A DNA stretch of 64,000 nucleotides from an uncultured beta proteobacterium (GCA_963789885.1 CAWBNB010000010.1:334312-398311), one strand, 5' to 3'. Positions 1 to 9,460 are shown, counted from the stretch's first letter. The notes: a model not told the origin generated them from the letters alone. Program-made: numbers and translations.

Positions 1-157
1 GCTTCTTGCCCATCCGCACCACCGCCTCGACGGTGGGATAACCGAGGGCGTGGACGTCGCTCGCCTTCATCACCATCTTCTGCTGCGCCGTGGCGAGCGG
101 CGGCAGCGCGAACGCCGCGGCGGCGGCGGCGACGCAAATCAGGTCGCGTCTCTTCAT
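1..157 (-). CDS. TRAP transporter substrate-binding protein (DctP family), 5' part; truncated by window edge
   Basis: Read manually: ATG at 157 after a GGAGGAG RBS. MKRRDLICVAAAAAFALPPLATAQQKMVMKASDVHALGYPTVEAV is a signal peptide plus a DctP-like N-terminus (DVHxxGYPTV). Confidence 0.75.
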   Translation of the reverse strand, partial: MKRRDLICVAAAAAAFALPPLATAQQKMVMKASDVHALGYPTVEAVVRMGKK

Positions 158-256
158 GGGTCGTTCTCTCCTCCGTTGATTGGGCGGGCGGACTCCGCCC
201 GCCGCGCCGGACCTAACGATACGCTGCGGCCGGGTTGCTTACCGCGCGAACCGCGT

Positions 257-276
257 GTTATCGTACATCGTACAAC
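257..276. promoter_or_regulatory. putative FadR/GntR operator (copy 1)
   Basis: The reverse complement GTTGTACGATGTACGATAAC shares GTTGTACGATG with the site at 1135-1145. Lies between the divergent dctP and the regulator. Confidence 0.6.
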
Positions 277-301
277 CATTATACGAGCCCGGCCGGCGGC
301 G

Positions 302-1093
302 GTGTCAAGCACCCTTTCTTCGCGCACCAGAGCACGGCGCACCCCGACCGCCGAGTCACCCCGCCCGCCCGGGCCGCGTCGCGGCCGAAGCCTGACCGGC
401 ATGCTGGTCGACAGCATGACCTCGCGCATCGCCAAGCGCGAGCTGCGCCCCGGCGACAAGCTGCCGACCGAGTCCGATCTCATGACCGCCTACGGCGTGA
501 GCCGGACCGTGGTGCGCGAGGCGATCTCGCGGCTCCAGGCGGGCGGTCTCGTCGACACGCGCCAGGGCGTCGGGACGTTCGTCCTCGAGCGCGCCGCGCA
601 CGGCCCGTTCCGCGTCGACCCCGCCGAGCTCGCGACGATCGAGGAGCTGATCGCGGTGCTCGAGCTCAGGATTGCGATCGAGGCCGAGGCGGCCGGGCTC
701 GCCGCGCAGCGCCGCGGCGAAACGCACCTCCTGGAGATGCGCCGCGCGCTCGATGCGTTCGCGCGGAGCGTCGAGGACGCGAGCGAGGCGGTGAACCCGG
801 ATTTCCAGTTCCACCTGCAGGTCGCGCTCGCCGCGAGCAACCGCCACTTCGCCGACCTGATGACGCACCTCGGGATGGTTATCATCCCGCGTACCCGGGT
901 GAACACCGCGCGGCTCGCGCAGGAGGAACGCTCGGAGTATCTCCGGCGCGTCGGACGGGAGCACGAGGACATCTATGATGCGATTGCCCGCCGCGACCCG
1001 GACGCGGCGCGCGCGGCGATGCGGACCCATCTCGCGAACAGCCGCGAGCGCCTGCGGCGGGCGCACGAACGGGCCGGCTCGCCGCTCGGCTGA
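302..1093 (+). CDS. GntR family (FadR subfamily) transcriptional regulator
   Basis: wHTH GDKLPTESDLMTAYGVSRTVVREAISRL plus FCD domain (DFQFH, EHEDIYDAI, AMRTHL). Start uncertain (GTG 302 or ATG 401). Confidence 0.9.
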   Translation: MSSTLSSRTRARRTPTAESPRPPGPRRGRSLTGMLVDSMTSRIAKRELRPGDKLPTESDLMTAYGVSRTVVREAISRLQAGGLVDTRQGVGTFVLERAAHGPFRVDPAELATIEELIAVLELRIAIEAEAAGLAAQRRGETHLLEMRRALDAFARSVEDASEAVNPDFQFHLQVALAASNRHFADLMTHLGMVIIPRTRVNTARLAQEERSEYLRRVGREHEDIYDAIARRDPDAARAAMRTHLANSRERLRRAHERAGSPLG

Positions 1094-1131
1094 GGCCGGT
1101 CGCAGGCCGGGAGCGAGTCCGCAGGTAGCAG

Positions 1132-1157
1132 CCAGTTGTACGATGACATACGACTGG
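1132..1157. promoter_or_regulatory. putative FadR/GntR operator (copy 2)
   Basis: Imperfect palindrome CCAGTTGTACGATGACATACGACTGG upstream of the udh-like gene. Confidence 0.65.
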
Positions 1158-1213
1158 TAGGTTCCTGATTCGTCCGGCCACCGATTCGTCTCGCCAAGGG
1201 AGCGTCACCAACG

Positions 1214-2089
1214 ATGAAAACCGTCCTGATCACCGGCGCAGCGGGCGACGTCGGCTCGCATCTGCGTCGCGAGCTCGCGGGCCGCTACAAGCTGCGCGTC
1301 TCGGACATCAAGCCGATCAAGGATCTCCGCAAGAACGAGAAGTTCGTGCGCGCCGACGTCTCGAAGCTGCCCGACATGCTGCGTGCGACGAAGGGCGTCG
1401 ACGCGATCGTGCACCTCGGCGCGTGGCCGGTCGAAGGCGACTGGCCACTCATCGTGTCGTCCAACATCGTCGGCGCGTACAACGGCTTCGAGGCAGCCCG
1501 CCGCAACGGCGTGAAGCGGGTGATCTTCGCCTCGTCGAACCACGCGGTGGGCTTCTACCGCCGGAACGAGACGATCGACCACCTCGCGCAGCCCCGGCCG
1601 GACAGTCGCTATGGCGTGTCCAAGGCGTTCGGCGAGGCGCTCGGCGCGCTCTACGCCCACAAGTACGGGCTCGAGGTGCTCGCGATCCGGATCGGCAACG
1701 TGAATCCGGAGCCGCTCGACAAGCGCCGGCTCGCGATCTGGGTCAGCCCGCGCGACATCGCCCAGCTGGTGTCGATCGGCATCGACCACCCGGACATCAA
1801 GTTCGAGATCGTGTACGGTGTCTCCGACAACCAGCGCGCCTGGTACGACAACTCGAACGCGTACCGCCTCGGCTACCGGCCGCTCGACAAGAGCGAGGCG
1901 TACGCGGCCGGCATCCTCGCCAAGCATCAGGACAACCCGAACCCGCTCGTGGAGATGTACCAGGGCGGGACGTTCGTCGACGCCGAGGCCGGCGGCGACC
2001 CGAGCCGGTCGCGGCCGCTCCCGGGCCGCGCAAAGCGCGCAGCGAAGAAGCGGACGCCCCGAAAGAAGGCCGCCGGGAAGAAGAAATGA
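1214..2089 (+). CDS. udh: NAD-dependent epimerase/dehydratase family, uronate dehydrogenase-like
   Basis: ITGAAGDVG Rossmann motif, FASSNHAVGFY, YGVSK (YxxxK), VYGVSDN and WYDNSNA..LGYRP.D, as in Udh. Confidence 0.75.
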   Translation: MKTVLITGAAGDVGSHLRRELAGRYKLRVSDIKPIKDLRKNEKFVRADVSKLPDMLRATKGVDAIVHLGAWPVEGDWPLIVSSNIVGAYNGFEAARRNGVKRVIFASSNHAVGFYRRNETIDHLAQPRPDSRYGVSKAFGEALGALYAHKYGLEVLAIRIGNVNPEPLDKRRLAIWVSPRDIAQLVSIGIDHPDIKFEIVYGVSDNQRAWYDNSNAYRLGYRPLDKSEAYAAGILAKHQDNPNPLVEMYQGGTFVDAEAGGDPSRSRPLPGRAKRAAKKRTPRKKAAGKKK

Positions 2090-2925
2090 CCGACCGCGCT
2101 CCCCGCCTCGCCGTGCCGCGCGGGACGTGCGACACGCACATGCACATCTACGACACCGCGGTGCCGAGCGCGCCCGGCGGGCCGCCGCTGCCGGGGCATT
2201 TCCCGGTGGACGCCTACCGCGCCCTGCAGCGCCGCCTCGGGCTCGAGCGCGTGATCGTCGTCCAGCCCAATGCCTATCAGGACGACAACCGCGTCACCCT
2301 GGCGGCGATCGCGGCGCTCGGCCCCGGCGCGAAGGGCGTCGGCGTGGTGAAGCCCGGCGTCTCCGATTCCGAGCTCGACCGCCTGACGAAAGGCGGCATC
2401 GTCGCGCAGCGCATCTTCCAGCTGCCGAACGGCACCGTCGGATTCGACCGGATGGACGAGGTGATGGCGCGCGTGCACCCGTTCGGCTGGCACGCGAACA
2501 TCCAGCTCGACGGCCGCGAGCTGCCGAAGTACGAATCGCAGATCAAGCGGCTCGCCGGCAAGTTCGTGATCGACCACGTCGGCAAGTACCTCGAGCCGGT
2601 CACGCCGGATCACGAGGCGTTCCGGTCGCTGCTGCGTCTCCTCGACACCGGCCGCTGCTGGGTGAAGCTCTCGGCGGCGTACGAGACGTCGAAGACCGGC
2701 GCGCCGAAGTACGAGGACGTCGGACGGCTGGCGAAGGCGCTGGTGAAGCACGCGCCGGAACGGATGATGTGGGCGAGCAACTGGCCGCATCCGTCCGCGC
2801 CGAAGGACGCGATGCCCGACGACGCGGACCTCGTCGACCTCCTCCTCGAATGGGCGCCGGACGACGCGACCCGCCGTCGGATCCTCGTCGACAACCCGGC
2901 GGCGTTCTATGGATTCGGCGCCTGA
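2086..2925 (+). CDS. amidohydrolase_2 family, D-galactarolactone isomerase (Gli)/LigI-like
   Basis: DTHMH, IDHVG, WVKLS and WASNWPH motifs. ATGA overlap with the udh stop. Confidence 0.8.
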   Translation: MTDRAPRLAVPRGTCDTHMHIYDTAVPSAPGGPPLPGHFPVDAYRALQRRLGLERVIVVQPNAYQDDNRVTLAAIAALGPGAKGVGVVKPGVSDSELDRLTKGGIVAQRIFQLPNGTVGFDRMDEVMARVHPFGWHANIQLDGRELPKYESQIKRLAGKFVIDHVGKYLEPVTPDHEAFRSLLRLLDTGRCWVKLSAAYETSKTGAPKYEDVGRLAKALVKHAPERMMWASNWPHPSAPKDAMPDDADLVDLLLEWAPDDATRRRILVDNPAAFYGFGA

Positions 2926-3367
2926 TGCCGCCGGCTTCCACGTCGCGGTCGGCGAGACCGCCGAGTTCTCGAAGACGCTGACCGAGACCGACCTCGCGCT
3001 CTTCAGTGCGATCTCGGGCGACTTCGATCCGATCCACGTCGACGAGGCCTATGCCCGCACCACGCCCTTCGGCCGCCGGATCGCGCACGGCATCCTCGCG
3101 ATGGCACTCCTCTCCACCGTGTCGGCGATGATCAGCCGTCGCGCGCGCGAGCGTGGGAGCCGGGGAACCTCGGTGTCCCTGGGTTACGACCGGATCAGGT
3201 TTCTGAAGCCGGTGTTCGTCGGCGACACGCTCACCGCGCGCTACACGATCCTCGAGCTCGACCCCGAGAGCCGCCGGAGCCGCTCGAAGGTCGAGGTGTT
3301 CCGGGACGGCAGCGAGCTCGCTGTGGTCGGCGAGCACGTCATGAAGTGGCTTCCGCCAGAGGCATGA
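2909..3367 (+). CDS. MaoC family dehydratase
   Basis: FSAISGDFDPIHVD..YA..TPFGRRIAHG hydratase motif; FLKPVFVGDTL. Confidence 0.9.
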   Translation: MDSAPDAAGFHVAVGETAEFSKTLTETDLALFSAISGDFDPIHVDEAYARTTPFGRRIAHGILAMALLSTVSAMISRRARERGSRGTSVSLGYDRIRFLKPVFVGDTLTARYTILELDPESRRSRSKVEVFRDGSELAVVGEHVMKWLPPEA

Positions 3368-4500
3368 CACCCCTTCTCGCCGAGCGCCACGTGCAGATCC
3401 GCGACGCGGTACGCCGCTTCGCCGGCGAGCGCATCCGCCCGGTCGCAAACGAGCTCGATGACTCGGAGCGTTTCCCGGCCGAGCTGTACGCGGAGATGGC
3501 GGGGCTCGGGCTCTTCGGCATCGCGATACCCGAGGCGCTTGGCGGCGCGGGCGGGGACGCCCTCGCCTACGCCGTCGTGATGGAGGAGCTCGCGCGGGGC
3601 TACGCCTCGGTCGCCGACCAGTGCGGCCTGGTGGAGCTCGTCGGCACGCTGCTCGCCGCGTACGGCACGCCCGAGCAGCAGGAGCGCTACCTCCGGCCGT
3701 TGCTGAAGGCCGAGCGACGTTGTGCGTATGCGCTCACCGAGGCGGAGGCGGGCTCCGATCTCTCGAATCTGCGCAGCACGGCGACGCGCACCGCCGACGG
3801 GTGGACGCTCACAGGCAGCAAGCTCTGGATCCACAACGCTCCGGTCTGCGACTTCGCATGCGTGCTCGCGCGCACCGATCCGGCCGCGGGCCATCGCGGG
3901 ATGAGCATCTTCCTCGTCGACCGGGATTCGCCCGGCTTCGGGGTCGGGCGGAAGGAGCACAAGATGGGTCAGCGCGCCTCGCAGGTCGGCGCGCTCGAGT
4001 TCAGCGACGTACACCTCCCGGCCGGCGCGCTGCTCGGCCCCGAAGGTCGTGGCTTCCACCTGATGATGAGCGTGCTCGACAAGGGCCGCATCGGCATCGG
4101 CGCGCTCGCGGTGGGGATCGTGCAGGCCGCACTCGATGCGTCGATCGACTACGCCAAGGTGCGCCGCCAGTTCGACAAGCCGATCGCCGAGTTCCAGGCG
4201 GTGCAATGGATGATCGCGGACATGGCGAAGGACGCGCATGCGGCGCGACTGATGGTGCACGCTGCGGCGGTGAAGCTCGATGCGGGCGAACGCGCCACGA
4301 TCGAGGCGTCGATGGCGAAGTGCTTCGCCGCCGACGCCGCCGTCGCCCATACCGCGAACGCCGTGCAGATCCACGGCGGCTCCGGTTACATCCGCGGGTG
4401 CGAGGTCGAGCGCCTCTACCGCGACGCGAAGATCACCCAGATCTACGAGGGCACGAACCAGATCCAGCGGATGATCATCGCGCGTCAGCTGCTCGGCTGA
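3364..4500 (+). CDS. acyl-CoA dehydrogenase
   Basis: YALTEAEAGSD, GSKLWIHN, RRQFDKPI, QIHGGSGY and IYEGTNQIQR. Confidence 0.95.
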   Translation: MTPLLAERHVQIRDAVRRFAGERIRPVANELDDSERFPAELYAEMAGLGLFGIAIPEALGGAGGDALAYAVVMEELARGYASVADQCGLVELVGTLLAAYGTPEQQERYLRPLLKAERRCAYALTEAEAGSDLSNLRSTATRTADGWTLTGSKLWIHNAPVCDFACVLARTDPAAGHRGMSIFLVDRDSPGFGVGRKEHKMGQRASQVGALEFSDVHLPAGALLGPEGRGFHLMMSVLDKGRIGIGALAVGIVQAALDASIDYAKVRRQFDKPIAEFQAVQWMIADMAKDAHAARLMVHAAAVKLDAGERATIEASMAKCFAADAAVAHTANAVQIHGGSGYIRGCEVERLYRDAKITQIYEGTNQIQRMIIARQLLG

Positions 4501-4520
4501 CCGGGCCGGCGTCGCTCCGG

Positions 4521-5414
4521 CTACTTCTTCTGCCGCGCTTCGACCGTCGCGGACTCGATCTCGTAATAGCGGTCGAGATCGATCAGGTCTTCCACCGCCT
4601 GCCGCGAAGCGACGTATTCCGCATTCGTCATGCCGGAATACCGGCCGGTCGCGCGCAGCTCGGCGAGCGCCTGCTTCAGGAAGTGGAAGGCCGTGCAAAG
4701 CACGACTTGCGCCTCGATGCAGGCGACGTAGCCCATCTGCTGCAGCTCCTGCCGCGTGAAAATCGGCCGACCGTCGCGGTTGCCGCGGCTCTGCACGTAC
4801 ACGAGGGGCAGCCGGCAGACCCGCGGCGCCTGCTCCGCCTCGGCGGGATTGCGCGGGAAGAGCAGGCCGAGATCCGCCCCGGCGTCGGCGGCGCGGTTGA
4901 GCCGCATGCTCGCCTCGTCCAGGCCGAGCGCCCGGCACGTATCGGTGCGCGCGATGATGACGAAATCCGGATCGCTCTCGTCGCGCTGGCGAATTGCGTA
5001 CCGGATCTTCTCCTCGAACGCCTCGACCGGGATGCCGTGCACCTCGTACTTGTGGTAGTGCGCCCGCTTCGGATAGAGCTGGTCCTCGATGTGCACGCCA
5101 GCGACGCCGGCACGGATGAACTCGCGCACCGTGCGCATCGTGTGCAGCGGCTCGCCGAAGCCGGCACCGGCGTCGGCGACGAGCGGAATGTCGATCCGCC
5201 GCGCGATCTCGCCGGCGAGGTCGACCTGCTCGGTCATCGTGAGCAGCGGCTCGGTGACCGCCTTCGAGCCGCCGGTGACGTAGCCCCCGACGTACGCCGC
5301 CTCGAAGCCGAGCGACTGGACGAGCCGCCCGCCGAGCGCGTCGTACACCGAAGGCATGTGCAGGAACGTCTTGTCGCGGACGAGTTGCCGCAGCCGGGTG
5401 GTCGTGTTCTGCAC
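4521..5414 (-). CDS. isocitrate lyase/PEP mutase family C-C lyase (PrpB/oxaloacetate decarboxylase-like)
   Basis: VADAGAGFG, GVHIEDQLYPKR, IIARTD and AGAD motifs. The catalytic loop reads KRAHYH instead of KxCGH. Confidence 0.85.
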   Translation of the reverse strand: MQNTTTRLRQLVRDKTFLHMPSVYDALGGRLVQSLGFEAAYVGGYVTGGSKAVTEPLLTMTEQVDLAGEIARRIDIPLVADAGAGFGEPLHTMRTVREFIRAGVAGVHIEDQLYPKRAHYHKYEVHGIPVEAFEEKIRYAIRQRDESDPDFVIIARTDTCRALGLDEASMRLNRAADAGADLGLLFPRNPAEAEQAPRVCRLPLVYVQSRGNRDGRPIFTRQELQQMGYVACIEAQVVLCTAFHFLKQALAELRATGRYSGMTNAEYVASRQAVEDLIDLDRYYEIESATVEARQKK

Positions 5415-5427
5415 GCGTGTTCCGCCT

Positions 5428-5727
5428 CTAGAGCTTCATCGGGTCGATGCCGGCCTTCGCGATGCGCTCCTGGTGTTCCTTCGGCAGCAGGGCGTGCACC
5501 TCGAAGGTCGCCGGCACGCACTCGGACCACTGGTTGATGAGCTTGTGCAGCGTCTCCGGCGAATCGACGTCGAAGATGATGACCGCGCCGCGGCCGAGCT
5601 TCGTGTAGATGTGCTTCGCGGTGCCGGCGGCGGCGAGCGCGTTCACCCAGTCCCACCACTGCTTCTGGCCTTCGCGCGCGACCGAGGGCTTGTCGGCACG
5701 CGGGGTGCTGATCACGAGGTAGTGCAT
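5428..5727 (-). CDS. small dimeric alpha-beta barrel protein (DUF3303/muconolactone isomerase-like), 99 aa
   Basis: ATG at 5727 after a GGAG RBS. GRGAVIIFDVDS.ETLH..I.QW....P.TFEV pattern. Fits tightly into the operon. Confidence 0.65.
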   Translation of the reverse strand: MHYLVISTPRADKPSVAREGQKQWWDWVNALAAAGTAKHIYTKLGRGAVIIFDVDSPETLHKLINQWSECVPATFEVHALLPKEHQERIAKAGIDPMKL

Positions 5728-5747
5728 GCGGTCTCCGTGGAGGGCGT

Positions 5748-6695
5748 TCAGGCGGTGAGCCGCAGCCCGGGGCGCGGCCAGTCCATCTCGACGAGCTGCC
5801 CGGCGTAGGACAGGGTGATGTAGGCCTTCCTGAGATCCGGCCCGCCGAAGCAGATGTTGGTCACGTGCGTGTCGCCCGGCACCGGCACGAACTGCGCTTC
5901 GCCGCCGTTCACCGGGCAGACCGTGATGCCCCCCTTGTCGAGCGTCGCGACGCAGACGTCGCCGTTCGCCTCGACCGCGAGCGAGTCGAAGCGCCGGTAG
6001 TCCGGCGAACCCCAAACGAGCCGGCTGCCGTGCGGCGATGCCGGCGAGGCGGTCGCGGGTCTGGCGAGCTCGCCCGGGCCTTTGAGATCCCACGCCCACA
6101 GGCGCGCCGACTCAGTCTCGGCGACATACAGCGTCTTCCCGTCGGGCGACAGCCCCACGCCGTTCGGCTTGTGGATCGGGAACACCACCTCGCGGATGGC
6201 GGAGCCGTCCATCCTGCCGTAGCAGACGCTGCCGCGATCCCAGTCGCGATGGCGCGTCTTGCCGGGATCGGTGAACCAGAAGCCGCCGTGCGCGTCGAAC
6301 ACGATGTCGTTCGGTCCGCGGATCTTCGCGCTGCCGACGCGGTCGTAGACGGTCTCGAACTTGCCGGTCTCGATGTTGACCCGCTCGATCCGGCCGGTGA
6401 CGTAGTCGTCGGGCGTGCCCGCGGTGACCCAGCGCCCGTCGGCGCGCTGTGTGAACGCGAAGCCGCCGTTGTTCGCGACGTAGCAGTGCCCGTCCGGTCC
6501 CATCGCCGCGCCGTTCGGGCCGCCGCCGAGGTTGGCGACGATGTGCTTCCGGCCGTCGGGCCAGATCCGCGTCAGCGTCTTGCGGCGGATCTCGACTACC
6601 AGCAGGCTGCCGTCGCCCACCCACACCGGCCCTTCCGGGAACCACAGGTCCTCGGCCACCACCCGCACCTTCGGAACGTTGTCTCTCGCAGTCAC
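5748..6695 (-). CDS. SMP-30/gluconolactonase/LRE family protein
   Basis: FPEGP, GPNG, GPND, FWFTD, PNGVGLSPDG, FDS and TNICFGG blade motifs. Confidence 0.9.
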   Translation of the reverse strand: MTARDNVPKVRVVAEDLWFPEGPVWVGDGSLLVVEIRRKTLTRIWPDGRKHIVANLGGGPNGAAMGPDGHCYVANNGGFAFTQRADGRWVTAGTPDDYVTGRIERVNIETGKFETVYDRVGSAKIRGPNDIVFDAHGGFWFTDPGKTRHRDWDRGSVCYGRMDGSAIREVVFPIHKPNGVGLSPDGKTLYVAETESARLWAWDLKGPGELARPATASPASPHGSRLVWGSPDYRRFDSLAVEANGDVCVATLDKGGITVCPVNGGEAQFVPVPGDTHVTNICFGGPDLRKAYITLSYAGQLVEMDWPRPGLRLTA

Positions 6696-6706
6696 GTCGG
6701 GATCTC

Positions 6707-7702
6707 CTATTGCTTCGGGGCGCCGACCGGCACCACCACGTCCGCCGGCGCCAGCGCCTCGCCGCGGAGGAACCGCAGGATGTTGCCGATCGCGTGGCGG
6801 GCCACGTTCTCGACGTTGTCGAACACCGCGCCGCCGGTATGCGGCGTCGCGATCACCTGGTCGAGCTTGAGCAGCGGGTTGTCCGGCGACGGCGGCTCGG
6901 GATCGAAGGCGTCGAGCCCCGCGCCGCGGAGCTTCCCGGCCACGAGCGCGTCGTACAGTGCCCGCTCGTCGACCAACTCGCCGCGCGCGGTGTTGATCAG
7001 GACCGCGCCGTGCTTCATCTTCGCGATGGCAGCGGCGTCGATGATCCTTCCCGTCTGCGGCGTGAAGGGCGCGTGCAGGCTGAGGATGTCGCTCTCGGCG
7101 AGGAGCCGCTCAAGCGGCACGTAGCTCGCGCCGAGCGCCGCCTCGGTCGCCTCATCGGCGCGACGGGCGTCGAAATACGCGACGCGGCACTCGAAGCCGC
7201 GCAGCCGCTGTGCGACCTTGCGGCCGATGTTGCCGAAGCCGACGAGCCCCACGGTCTTGTTGGCGATCTGGTAGCCGATCTCGCGCATCTCCGCCTTCAA
7301 CCAGACGCCGCGGCGCAGCGCGGCGTCGACCTGCGCGAGGCGCCGGTAGACGCCGAGCATCAGCCCGATCGTCAGCTCGGCCACCGGCCCGGCGTTGGAG
7401 CCGGCGGTGATCGCGAGCGGGATCCCCTTGCGTCGTGCCGCCTCGACGTCGATGCGATCGACGCCGATGCCCCATTTCTCGATGAAGCGCAGCTGCCTCG
7501 CGTGCGCGAGCATCGGCGCGGTCACCGCCGCCCACCCGGCGAGGATGATCTCGGCGCCTTCGACGAGCGCCATCTGCTCGGCGTCGTCATAGCTCGTCGC
7601 GAAGTGGAGGTCGAGTTCGGCCGGCGCGGTGCGACGCACGACCTCGCGCACGGCTGGTGCCCAGACGTCGAGGCAGGCGACGTAGTGGCCCACGCCGGTC
7701 AC
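6707..7702 (-). CDS. D-isomer-specific 2-hydroxyacid dehydrogenase
   Basis: GIGVDRID, GLVGFGNIG, LINTARG, AGLDAF..EP and TPHTGG motifs. GTG start overlaps the upstream TGA. Confidence 0.9.
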   Translation of the reverse strand: MTGVGHYVACLDVWAPAVREVVRRTAPAELDLHFATSYDDAEQMALVEGAEIILAGWAAVTAPMLAHARQLRFIEKWGIGVDRIDVEAARRKGIPLAITAGSNAGPVAELTIGLMLGVYRRLAQVDAALRRGVWLKAEMREIGYQIANKTVGLVGFGNIGRKVAQRLRGFECRVAYFDARRADEATEAALGASYVPLERLLAESDILSLHAPFTPQTGRIIDAAAIAKMKHGAVLINTARGELVDERALYDALVAGKLRGAGLDAFDPEPPSPDNPLLKLDQVIATPHTGGAVFDNVENVARHAIGNILRFLRGEALAPADVVVPVGAPKQ

Positions 7703-8013
7703 GCCCCCGGCAGCTCGATCGTCAGCATCAGGCTGCTGAGCGACTTGCCGTGTGGATCCTGCGCGAGCGAACGCGTCACGCCGCCGCCGAGCGCCCCTTC
7801 GATGACGAAGTTGAGCGCCTGCAGCTTCGGCAGCTCGTACCGGCGGACCGGGCCCTTGGCGATGTGCGCGAACGCCCGCATCACGCGCTCTTCGGTCAGC
7901 TGCTCGCGCAGCAGCTTCCAGCCCGCCGCGTCGTAGGCGATCGCCGAGATATTGGAGATGTCGCCCTTGTCGCCCGCGCGGCAGTGCGCGATGTCCCAGA
8001 CCCGTAGCGTCAC
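7699..8013 (-). CDS. AtuA-related small protein (stand-alone AtuA C-terminal-like domain)
   Basis: IAHCRAGDKGD, VRRYELP..ALNFV and LGGGVTRSL..DPHGKS motifs. GGAGG RBS. Confidence 0.85.
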   Translation of the reverse strand: MTLRVWDIAHCRAGDKGDISNISAIAYDAAGWKLLREQLTEERVMRAFAHIAKGPVRRYELPKLQALNFVIEGALGGGVTRSLAQDPHGKSLSSLMLTIELPGA

Positions 8014-8038
8014 GTTCACTCCTCCACGACACGAGGGA

Positions 8039-8088
8039 GCAAGCCCCCTCGTACTCCCCGAACCCACGAGACTGCCGCCTGCGGCGTC
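8039..8088. repeat. dispersed REP/MITE-like repeat, copy 1
   Basis: GCAAGCCCCCTCGTACTCCCCGAACCCACGAGACTGCCGCCTGCGGCGTC aligns with 25032-25084. Confidence 0.65.
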
Positions 8089-8097
8089 GGTTTCACG

Positions 8098-9447
8098 TCA
8101 AGCCTCCTTTACGACGACCTGCCCATCGACCAGCGCGCGCGGCAGCAGCACCGACTGGACGGCGAGGATCTCGCGCACGATCGGATCGGAACCGCCGCCG
8201 CCGCTCCCGGGTCCGTTGACGTGCAGCGCGCGTACCTCGAAGCCCACTGCCTCCGCCGCCTTGCGGTCGGTCGTGCGCATCGCGAGACGCAGGCGTACCT
8301 CATAAGGCTCGGGCCTCGCCTCCGGCTGCCCGTGCAGGCTCGACATGCCGATGAGGTCGACGCGCACTTCCGAGTACTTCAAGCCGCGATCCTTGAGCCG
8401 CTGCTGCACCACTTCGGCAGCCCACTTCGCCTTCTCCACCGCGTGGATGCCGGCATAGGAGATCTGACCTTCCCCGATATAACCGTCGTCGTAGCCCACC
8501 GTGACCTTGTAAGTGGGCGTCCGCGGCCGCGCTGTCGCGCCCCAGACGCGGACGCGGTCGCGGCCGTCCTGCGCCATCTCGAGGTCGGTGACGTCGAGCA
8601 CGCAGTCCGGGGTAATGTACGCCGCGGGGTCGTGCAGCTCGTACAGCAGCTGCTCCTTGCAGGTGGCGAGGTCGACGCGCCCGCCGCTGCCCTCGGTCTT
8701 GGAGATCCAGAAGCCCCCCTCGGCGGTCATGTCGGCATAGGGGAACCCGAGGCGTGCGAGGTCCGGCACTTCCTTCTTGCCGGGATCGCCGAAGCAGCCG
8801 CCGCTCACCTGGGCCGCGCACTCGAGCAGGTGACCCGCGGCGGTGGCGGCCGCCATGCGCGGCCAGTCGTCGTAGCGCCAGCCGAAGTGGTGCATCGCCG
8901 GGGCGACGAAGAGCGAGGGATCGGCGACCCGGCCGGTGATCACGACCTGCGCCCGCGTCTCGAGCGCGCGGCAGATGACGTCGGCGCCGAGATATGCGTT
9001 GCCGGAGACCATTCTGGGCAGCAGCGATTCGAGCGGCTTGCCGGATTCCATCAGCGGCAGCTGCGGCTGCCGGCGGAGGATCTCCGCGACGTCGTCGCCG
9101 AGCACCACCGCGCAGCTCACCTCGGGGAGGCCGAGGTCCTTGGCGTGACGCCGGACGTCGCGCGCCGCGGCGGTCGGGTTCGCGGCGCCCATGTTGCTGA
9201 CGATCCGCACGCCGTTCTTCAGGCACGCCGGCAGCACCGCCCCCATCCGGTCGAGCAGCCGCGGCGTATAGCCCTTGTCGGGATTCTTCAGCCGGGTGAG
9301 GTTCTCGCGCGCGATCGTGCGCTCGGCGAGGCACTCGAACGCGAGATAGTCGATCTCGCCCCGCTCGGCGAGCTCGACTGCCGGCGCGATCCGGTCGTCG
9401 GCAAAGCTCGATCCCGCGCCGACTCGAAGAATCCCTTTCGGTTTCAT
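8098..9447 (-). CDS. acyclic terpene utilization AtuA family protein (DUF1446)
   Basis: GAGSSFADDRI, FECLAERT, NAYLGA, ITGRVADPSL, GHLLEC and EQLLYELHDP. Confidence 0.9.
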   Translation of the reverse strand: MKPKGILRVGAGSSFADDRIAPAVELAERGEIDYLAFECLAERTIARENLTRLKNPDKGYTPRLLDRMGAVLPACLKNGVRIVSNMGAANPTAAARDVRRHAKDLGLPEVSCAVVLGDDVAEILRRQPQLPLMESGKPLESLLPRMVSGNAYLGADVICRALETRAQVVITGRVADPSLFVAPAMHHFGWRYDDWPRMAAATAAGHLLECAAQVSGGCFGDPGKKEVPDLARLGFPYADMTAEGGFWISKTEGSGGRVDLATCKEQLLYELHDPAAYITPDCVLDVTDLEMAQDGRDRVRVWGATARPRTPTYKVTVGYDDGYIGEGQISYAGIHAVEKAKWAAEVVQQRLKDRGLKYSEVRVDLIGMSSLHGQPEARPEPYEVRLRLAMRTTDRKAAEAVGFEVRALHVNGPGSGGGGSDPIVREILAVQSVLLPRALVDGQVVVKEA

Positions 9448-9460
9448 GTCTCGCTCCGTA

